A stretch of DNA of 29,736 nt. It comes from an uncultured Anaerolineales bacterium (GTDB lineage: Bacteria; Chloroflexota; Anaerolineae; Epilineales; JAANWY01). The position numbers and the translations under genes are program-made. The stretch is taken from positions 1-29,736 of the forward strand of contig CAYYSH010000002.1 in NCBI GenBank assembly GCA_964474265.1. Direction: 5' to 3'. Below are positions 23,544 through 29,736 of this stretch, piece by piece; the first letter of the stretch is position 1, and the number at the start of each line of letters is the position of its first letter. The notes under the pieces were generated by a model. That model saw nothing but the letters and a program-made list of their open reading frames with translations. It searched no databases and had not been told where the DNA came from.

Positions 23544-25598
23544 ATGTTCAAACGAATCGTGTCCCGGATTCAATTCCGGTTAACAGTCGCTTTCATCCTG
23601 ATGACTTTCATCCCCCTCCTGGCAACTGGCATCTACAGTGCACAGACGGCCTCCGATGCATTGCGCCGGCAGGCTCTGCAGGCTGAGTCCGGCCGTGTGG
23701 CCAATCTGGCAGCCAACATTCAGGACTTCTTACGCGGTGCCTCAGACGATGCCACCTTCCTGGCCAGGTCCGCAACGTTGGCGCAACTTCTGGAAGCGAT
23801 CAGCGCCGGCGACCCAGCGGCTTTTGCGGAAGCGCGCCGGCAGTTAGCCGACGAATTCATTGCCCTCGCCCGCACACGGCAGACCTACTTCAAGATCCGC
23901 TACATCGATGCCACAGGCCAGGAAGTTGTGGAAGTCGCGGCCGATGGCAACGTCTTCCATGTGAGCGAAGGGGAAGAACTGCAAAATGAGAGCAAAGACG
24001 AGTACTTCATCAACGGCATGAGCCTGGAAGAAGGGCAGGTGTACGCCACTCGTCTGCGGCTGGAGACCCAGGGAGGCATCATCGTCACCCCCCACATCCC
24101 AGGCATTCGGTACGCGGCCCCCGTCTTCTACAACGGTGAACGACGAGGCGTCATCGTCACGAATCTTGACGCACGGGGATTTCTGGACCTCCTGGAGACA
24201 GCAGCCAAGGGAGAGGACGAGCAGTTGTTCCTCGTCGATGCTGAGGGATTCTACCTCTGGCACCCGGACGAGACCAGGCGGTGGGGAGGGCCGGCTGACC
24301 TGGATACAGGCGAGCGCCTGCAACGCGACTTCCCGGACCTGGCCCCGAACCTCTTGAGCGGCCAGGCTGGGGCTGTTCTGGTCGGAGATCAAATGATTGC
24401 CTTTGCCCCCGTAGACTCAACGGCTCAACAAGCTGACCGCTGGACCGTGATAGAAGTGGAGCCCACGGAGCAAGTTCTCGCATCCGTGGGGGAGTTTAGG
24501 AAAGTGTTTCTGCTGCTCACAGCCCTGGCGACGATTCTGGCCATTGGCCTGGGGGCTTATCTGGCGCGGGCCATCACCTGGCCTATCGTGGAACTCAGCC
24601 GCGTCGCCGGCCAGGTCAGCCAGGGTGATCTGACTCCGCAAATCCCTGTCAACAGCAGCGACGAGGTGGGCATTTTATCTCGAGCCTTTGGCAAGATGAC
24701 GTGTCATCTGCGGGACCTGATCGAACAAATCGCCGTCGCATCAAACCGCATGGCGACAGAGGCTGAAGAACTGTCGGCCATGACGGAGGAAATCAATGCC
24801 TCCGCAGGACAGGTCTCTGCCGCAGTCCAGCAGGTCGCCCAGGGCGCTGCCGCCCAGGCTATCCAGGCCGAACAGAGTTCTCGGGCTATTGAGAGCCTGG
24901 CAATGGCCACCGACCAGATCGCGGAGAATGCCCAACAGGTGGAACAGGCCTCGGAACAGGCCCGGGGGATGGTGAACCACCTGGCAGAGATGATGGAGAC
25001 CCTCCAGCGCCGCTCAGAGGACATCAGCAACATGGCGCGCACCGTGAAGCGCTTCGCTGATCAAACCAATCTGCTGGCCCTGAACGCCGCCATCGAAGCC
25101 GCCCGGGCCGGTGAGCACGGCAAGAGCTTCGCAGTCGTGGCCGACGAGGTGCGCCGGCTGGCAGAGAGTTCGCGCCAGACCGTGGAGGAGATCACAGCGC
25201 TGAACGACCAGGTCCAGGCGGAGCTTCAACAGGTCCTGGCTGGCATGCAGGACATCGTCGCTGCGGTGAATCGGGCTGCTGCGCTGGCCCGTCAGAACGC
25301 GGATGCAACAGCCCGACAGCGCAAAGAGTCAAACACCGTGGTGCAGGCAGTCAACGAGATGGCCTCAGTGACTGAGGAACAGGCTGCCGGCGCTGAGGAA
25401 ATGGCCGCGGCTGTTGAGCAGCAGATGGTATCCACGGGCCAACTGGCCGCCGCGACTCAGGAACTATCCAGCATGGCGACCGAGTTGCACGAATTGGTAG
25501 CCCGGTTCCGTCTTTCTCCCGAAGCTGGACCGATGGACACCGTTTCCATCGACGATGTCGCGCCCCCCAATGGCCGGCCACAGACCGTTGAAATCTGA
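23544..25598 (+). CDS. Methyl-accepting chemotaxis protein (TM-dCache-like-TM-HAMP-MA)
   Basis: Two TM segments flank a ~280-aa extracellular region. HAMP ([17 protein letters not shown]...[10 protein letters not shown]). Signalling tip [34 protein letters not shown]. Confidence 0.95.
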   Translation: MFKRIVSRIQFRLTVAFILMTFIPLLATGIYSAQTASDALRRQALQAESGRVANLAANIQDFLRGASDDATFLARSATLAQLLEAISAGDPAAFAEARRQLADEFIALARTRQTYFKIRYIDATGQEVVEVAADGNVFHVSEGEELQNESKDEYFINGMSLEEGQVYATRLRLETQGGIIVTPHIPGIRYAAPVFYNGERRGVIVTNLDARGFLDLLETAAKGEDEQLFLVDAEGFYLWHPDETRRWGGPADLDTGERLQRDFPDLAPNLLSGQAGAVLVGDQMIAFAPVDSTAQQADRWTVIEVEPTEQVLASVGEFRKVFLLLTALATILAIGLGAYLARAITWPIVELSRVAGQVSQGDLTPQIPVNSSDEVGILSRAFGKMTCHLRDLIEQIAVASNRMATEAEELSAMTEEINASAGQVSAAVQQVAQGAAAQAIQAEQSSRAIESLAMATDQIAENAQQVEQASEQARGMVNHLAEMMETLQRRSEDISNMARTVKRFADQTNLLALNAAIEAARAGEHGKSFAVVADEVRRLAESSRQTVEEITALNDQVQAELQQVLAGMQDIVAAVNRAAALARQNADATARQRKESNTVVQAVNEMASVTEEQAAGAEEMAAAVEQQMVSTGQLAAATQELSSMATELHELVARFRLSPEAGPMDTVSIDDVAPPNGRPQTVEI

Positions 25599-25672
25599 AG
25601 GGGGCGGAGTCCGAGGCCTGACACATGGCAACCTGGCGGACTGCGCCTGTAGCATTGGGAATGAGGGAGGCT

Positions 25673-26161
25673 ATGCAACACGCTGAGCAACACCTGGAAG
25701 AAGCACTTCACCAGTTCATTATCTTTCGCCTGGACAGGACAGAATTCGCTGTCCCGATTGAACAGGTGACGCGCATCCTGCGCCCGGTGAAATGTACCCG
25801 CGTCCCCCGAGCGCCGGCCTTTTTGGAGGGCATCATCAATCTCCACGGCGATATCGTGCCGGTTATTGATCTGGCAAAACGCCTGCAAATGGCAGCCATA
25901 CCGCGCGATGACGAAGCCCGCATCATTGTGGCTGAAGTAGACAATCAGAGAGTGGGCATGGTGGTTGATTCTGTAACGGAAATCCTATCGCTGCCGCAGG
26001 CGGCCATAGAGCCGCCGCCTGGTATCATTGCCGAAATCAGCGATGTGTACCTGACTGGCGTGGCGGTCCACGACGACCGCCTGTTCGTAATCCTGGACCT
26101 GGACCGTGTGCTTACGACAGAAGAAATGGCGGAGCTGCATGAGCTACAAACTGCAACCTGA
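25673..26161 (+). CDS. cheW: Chemotaxis coupling protein CheW
   Basis: FIIFRL..EFAVPI, TRVPRAPAFLEGIINLHGDIVPVIDL, RVGMVVDSV. Start uncertain (25625, 25661 or 25673; purine-rich GAGGGAGG precedes 25673). Confidence 0.93.
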   Translation: MQHAEQHLEEALHQFIIFRLDRTEFAVPIEQVTRILRPVKCTRVPRAPAFLEGIINLHGDIVPVIDLAKRLQMAAIPRDDEARIIVAEVDNQRVGMVVDSVTEILSLPQAAIEPPPGIIAEISDVYLTGVAVHDDRLFVILDLDRVLTTEEMAELHELQTAT

Positions 26162-26261
26162 AGCGCGGAGTACACCATGCATTGCCTGACAACGATCCAA
26201 AGGCAGTTGCACGTCACACCTCAGCTTCGGTCTTCGCGATCCTCAATCCGGGGGGGTCAGT

Positions 26262-27320
26262 ATGCCCGTTAAGCTGCAGGTGCTGGTAGTAGATGACTCG
26301 GCCTTGATGCGGAAGCTCATCTCAAACCTGCTGACATCGGATCCCGGGATCGAGGTCGTGGATACGGCACAGGATGGCCTGGAAGCTGTCCAGAAAGTGG
26401 CCGATCTTCGCCCAGACGTGGTGACGCTGGACGTGGAGATGCCACGACTCAGTGGGCTGGAGGCCCTCAGCCAGATCATGCAGCACAACCCAACCCCGGT
26501 AGTGATGCTGACCGGCCTCGATAACCCGGACATTGCTCTGGAAGCGCTACAGCGAGGGGCTGTAGACTTCGTCCTCAAGCCATCAGGAACGATCTCCGTC
26601 GATCTGTACAAGATACGCGAGGAATTGATCCACAAAGTCAGACTGGCCCGCCTGGTGAATCTGCGGAAGTTGACCGACCTCCCGGAGTCACACGCTTCTG
26701 CGCTCTCTTCGGTGTCCCCACGCCATGGGAGAAGGCCCGGCCGCCGCATCGTGGTCATCGGCGCGTCAACAGGCGGGCCACGGGCGGTAGAATATGTCCT
26801 GGCCGGCCTGCCTGGCGACCTGCCGATTTCGGTGTTGGTGGTGCAGCACATGCCGGCGGGCTTCACTCGCTCCTTCGCCCAGCGACTGAACAGGCAAAGC
26901 GCTCTGCACGTGGAAGAGGCTGAGGACGACCGCCGGCTGTCTCCGGGCCGTGTTTTTGTCGCCGCCGGCGGCTACCACATGCGTATCCACCCCGGCGGTG
27001 TCATTCGGCTGGACCAGTCCCCCCCGGTCAATGGTCTCCGGCCGGCTGCTGATCTGACGATGATTGACGTGGCCAGAGTATACGGCCCGCGCAGCATCGG
27101 AGTCGTGCTCACCGGGATGGGCTCCGACGGCGCCCAGGGCGCTCAGGCCATAAAGGCTGCCGGCGGCCTCGTCGTTGCCCAGGATCAGGCGACCAGCGTT
27201 GTGTATGGCATGCCCCGTGCTGCGGCCAGAGCCGGCGCTGTGGACCGAATCTTGCCGCTCACCGATATCCCCGCTGCCATCGTGGAGGCAGTAGCCGGGG
27301 AACCGGAACACCAACCATGA
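26262..27320 (+). CDS. cheB: Chemotaxis response regulator protein-glutamate methylesterase CheB
   Basis: N-terminal REC (VVDDS, TLDVEMP, VLKP). Esterase Ser-His-Asp triad in GASTGGP, QHMP, LTGMGSDG. Confidence 0.96.
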   Translation: MPVKLQVLVVDDSALMRKLISNLLTSDPGIEVVDTAQDGLEAVQKVADLRPDVVTLDVEMPRLSGLEALSQIMQHNPTPVVMLTGLDNPDIALEALQRGAVDFVLKPSGTISVDLYKIREELIHKVRLARLVNLRKLTDLPESHASALSSVSPRHGRRPGRRIVVIGASTGGPRAVEYVLAGLPGDLPISVLVVQHMPAGFTRSFAQRLNRQSALHVEEAEDDRRLSPGRVFVAAGGYHMRIHPGGVIRLDQSPPVNGLRPAADLTMIDVARVYGPRSIGVVLTGMGSDGAQGAQAIKAAGGLVVAQDQATSVVYGMPRAAARAGAVDRILPLTDIPAAIVEAVAGEPEHQP

Positions 27321-28957
27321 TCGATCTTACAGAGTACAAGGACCTGTTTGCCAGTGAGGCCCAGGAACACCTGGAGACCATGAACAGCGGGTTGCTCATC
27401 CTGGAACGGAATCCGGAGGACACCCTGACCCTGGAAGCCATCTTTCGAGCAGCCCACTCGCTCAAAGGCATGGCCGCCACCATGGGCTACCAGGACATGG
27501 CCCACGTCGCCCACGCCCTGGAGGATTTGCTGGACGAACTGCGAAGGGGCAATCAGCGACTCACGCCGGCCCTGGCAGATGTGGTGCTTTCCGGCGTCGA
27601 TGCGCTCACAACCCTTCTGGCAGACGCCCTGGCGGGCAGGCCGGCCAGCCTGGACATTGGAACTCTTACCGACAACCTTAAAACCGGAGCAGTCACCGCC
27701 GCTGAAAACAGACATCCACCTGCCGATGTGCCCTCTCGCGACATCACAGCCGTGGTCGAGCCAGATAGGCCCGTGCAATCCACCATTGCGCTCCAGACAC
27801 CGGAACTTCCCCAGACGATCCGCGTCAAAGCCCAAACCCTGGATTCGCTGCTCAACCTGGTGGCGGAACTGGTGATCAGCCGTAGCCGGCTGTGGCGCAT
27901 CCAGCGCAGGCACAACCTGCCGGACCTGGAGGAAGCCCTGGAGGAACACGACCGCTTGCTGACCGACCTGCGAAATGCTGTGCTCCAGGCCCGCATGGTG
28001 CCGGTGGCCCAGGTCTTCAACCGCTTTCCCCGCATGGTTCGCGACCTGTTGAAGGAGCGGGGGAAAGAGGCCGATTTTCGGATCGAGGGGAGCGACATCG
28101 AGTTAGATCGCACGGTCCTGGAACGGGTGACCGACCCACTCATGCACCTGCTACGCAACGCAGTGGATCACGGCATCGAACCGCCAGAGGAACGCCGGCG
28201 AAATGGCAAGGAGCCGCGCGGGACCATCCAGCTCATTGCCCGGCGTGAGCGTGAATCCGCTGTTCTGGAGGTGACCGACGATGGCGCCGGCCTGAACCGG
28301 GAGCAGATCGTGGAAACGGCCATCCGGCGTGGGCTGATCAGCCGCTCCGAGGCCGAAGAACTGCCATACCAGCAAGCACTCATGCTCATTTGTCACCCTG
28401 GCTTCTCTACGGCTGAACGGGTCACTGAGATTTCAGGACGTGGCGTCGGCATGGACGTGGTCCGACGACAGGTAGAGTTGCTCCAGGGGAGCCTTCACAT
28501 CGAGACCCGGCCTGGAGCGGGCACCACCTTCCGCCTGCGTCTCCCACTGACACTGGCTATCACTCAGGCTTTGCTGGTGGGGGTGGGAGGCGAGACCTAT
28601 GCCATCCCCCTGAGCCAGGTCGAGCGCACGCTGGAGATCGAGCCCGGACAGGTGAGGCGGGTTCAACGGCGGCAGGTGCTCGCCCGCGGGAATTTGCACG
28701 CTCTACCACTGGTTGACCTGCGAGAGGTGCTTGGTGTACCTGGCGACGCTCCGGGGCGCGCCGGCCCCGGCTATGCCGTAGTCGTAGGTGAGAACCGCGA
28801 CCGGATCGGGTTGGTGGCCGACAATCTTCTGTATCAGGAAGAGATCGTCATTCGCCCGCTGCCGCAAGCCATTGGAAGTATCCCCGGCCTGGCTGGCGCT
28901 ACCATCCTCGGTGAGGGCCAGGTGGTTCTCGTTCTGGACGCCCCGAATTTGGTGTAA
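27317..28957 (+). CDS. cheA: Chemotaxis histidine kinase CheA (Hpt, dimerisation, HATPase, CheW-like; no obvious P2 domain)
   Basis: FRAAHSLKGMA, IRVKAQTLDSLLNLVAELVI, HLLRNAVDHGIE, DDGAGL, GRGVGMDVV, LPLTLAI, GATILGEGQVVLVLD. ATGA overlap with the cheB stop. Confidence 0.96.
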   Translation: MIDLTEYKDLFASEAQEHLETMNSGLLILERNPEDTLTLEAIFRAAHSLKGMAATMGYQDMAHVAHALEDLLDELRRGNQRLTPALADVVLSGVDALTTLLADALAGRPASLDIGTLTDNLKTGAVTAAENRHPPADVPSRDITAVVEPDRPVQSTIALQTPELPQTIRVKAQTLDSLLNLVAELVISRSRLWRIQRRHNLPDLEEALEEHDRLLTDLRNAVLQARMVPVAQVFNRFPRMVRDLLKERGKEADFRIEGSDIELDRTVLERVTDPLMHLLRNAVDHGIEPPEERRRNGKEPRGTIQLIARRERESAVLEVTDDGAGLNREQIVETAIRRGLISRSEAEELPYQQALMLICHPGFSTAERVTEISGRGVGMDVVRRQVELLQGSLHIETRPGAGTTFRLRLPLTLAITQALLVGVGGETYAIPLSQVERTLEIEPGQVRRVQRRQVLARGNLHALPLVDLREVLGVPGDAPGRAGPGYAVVVGENRDRIGLVADNLLYQEEIVIRPLPQAIGSIPGLAGATILGEGQVVLVLDAPNLV

Positions 28958-28992
28958 CCACAAGCCTTTCGGAGCGTGGCCGGCACTCCGGG

Positions 28993-29022
28993 TTCGCACA
29001 GCGCGTCCTTTTGGGCTATAAT
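28993..29022 (+). promoter_or_regulatory. Putative sigma70-type promoter for the downstream regulator
   Basis: Perfect TATAAT at 29017-29022 within the only strongly AT-rich patch of the window. TTCGCA (4/6 match to TTGACA) at 28993-28998, 18-nt spacer. Confidence 0.55.
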
Positions 29023-29074
29023 TAAAATAACCTTCCCCTCAAGCGCCGATTCGTTCAGTCCTGGCAGGCCGGCA

Positions 29075-29736
29075 GTGGACGAAATACTGCAACTCTTCAC
29101 CCACACAGGAGATGGTGTCTGGGCCGTAGACGCAGACCATCGCATCGTGCTGTGGAGCCCCGTTGCGGAAGAGATCCTGGGCTACGCCGGCGAGGAGGCT
29201 CTGGGCCAACTCTGCTACGAGCTCCTGGCCGGCCACGACCTGGAGGGCCGGCCTTTCTGTCACGCCCGTTGCAGTGTCATGGAACACGCCCGGCGGGGAG
29301 AGCCAGTACGCTCCTTTGACCTGCTGGCCCACGGACGCGATGGCAGCGTGCACCACGTCAACGTCAGCATCCTGGCAGTTCCTCAGGAATCGGCGCCCGA
29401 GAAGCCGATCGCGCTGGTCCACCTCTTTCGCCGGGTGGGAAGCAGCAACCCGGGGCCACCACCCCTTCGCATTTACCTCCTCGGCGACACGATGGTCCAG
29501 CGGGCAAGTGGCTCGATAGTCGGTGGTCCTCTCTGGCGCCGGGCAAAGGTGCGAGCGCTGCTCGCCTATCTGTCGCTTCAGCGCGGCCAGGCCGTACACC
29601 GCAATGCACTCATTGATGCCCTGTGGCCGGACCTGGAATATCCGGCAGCCCTGCACAATCTCAACACCACTGTTTACAACTTGCGCCGCAGTCTGGAGCC
29701 CACCCTCAAACGCGGTGCTGACTCCAGCTACATCCA
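29075..29736 (+). CDS. PAS-domain SARP-family (winged-helix/BTAD-type) transcriptional regulator, 3'-partial
   Basis: My own translation from GTG 29075 is open to the window end: MDEILQLFTHTGDGVWAVDADHRIVLWSPVAEEILGY (PAS) ... LRIYLLGD..V.....WRRAKVRALLAYL.LQRGQAVHRNALIDALWPD....AALHNLNTTVYNLRRSLEP (SARP/OmpR-type wHTH). It is absent from the track because there is no stop in the window. Confidence 0.88.
   Translation, partial: MDEILQLFTHTGDGVWAVDADHRIVLWSPVAEEILGYAGEEALGQLCYELLAGHDLEGRPFCHARCSVMEHARRGEPVRSFDLLAHGRDGSVHHVNVSILAVPQESAPEKPIALVHLFRRVGSSNPGPPPLRIYLLGDTMVQRASGSIVGGPLWRRAKVRALLAYLSLQRGQAVHRNALIDALWPDLEYPAALHNLNTTVYNLRRSLEPTLKRGADSSYI

Noticed and set aside
477-27949. Long minus-strand ORFs (e.g. 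477-1397, 1440-2072, 3681-4352, 10683-11282, 16466-17254, 27185-27949)
   Set aside because: All are antisense to well-supported genes and show no recognisable motifs, as expected for high-GC shadows.
28970-28990. Intrinsic terminator after cheA
   Set aside because: Weak bulged stem and no adjacent U-tract.
1-29736. tRNA/rRNA genes, CRISPR arrays, IS elements, phage or defence genes
   Set aside because: No intergenic space large enough, no regularly spaced repeats, and no transposase, integrase or nuclease motifs seen.

Overview
GC-rich bacterial window in which every credible gene lies on the + strand, tightly packed (several stop/start overlaps, clear Shine-Dalgarno sites), so it looks like one ~29 kb co-transcribed locus. 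The style (tandem-GAF signalling proteins, PAS-SARP regulator, no outer-membrane Pel exporters) suggests a monoderm such as Chloroflexota/Anaerolineae; that is inference only. Four modules are interleaved. (1) A 5'-truncated diguanylate cyclase with at least six GAF domains. (2) A partner-switching/phosphorelay block with no sigma factor in view: GAF-PP2C phosphatase, REC, GAF-PAS-HisKA lacking its ATPase domain, REC, STAS, RsbW-type Ser kinase. (3) A non-canonical Pel-like exopolysaccharide cluster: two different PelF-like GT4s, a GT4 split over two ORFs, two sugar-1-P nucleotidyltransferases, a DUF2194/PelA(DA)-like deacetylase, a multi-TM protein and a PelG-like exporter. A degenerate GAF-GAF-HD-GYP protein with a 7-Cys tail and a second STAS are embedded in it, and no PelD/PelE/PelB/PelC is recognisable. 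(4) A CheY-less chemosensory block cheR-MCP-cheW-cheB-cheA. A 3'-truncated PAS-SARP regulator, missing from the ORF track, follows behind a TATAAT promoter. No RNA genes, CRISPR array or mobile elements were seen. Family assignments are from motif recognition by eye, with no database searches.
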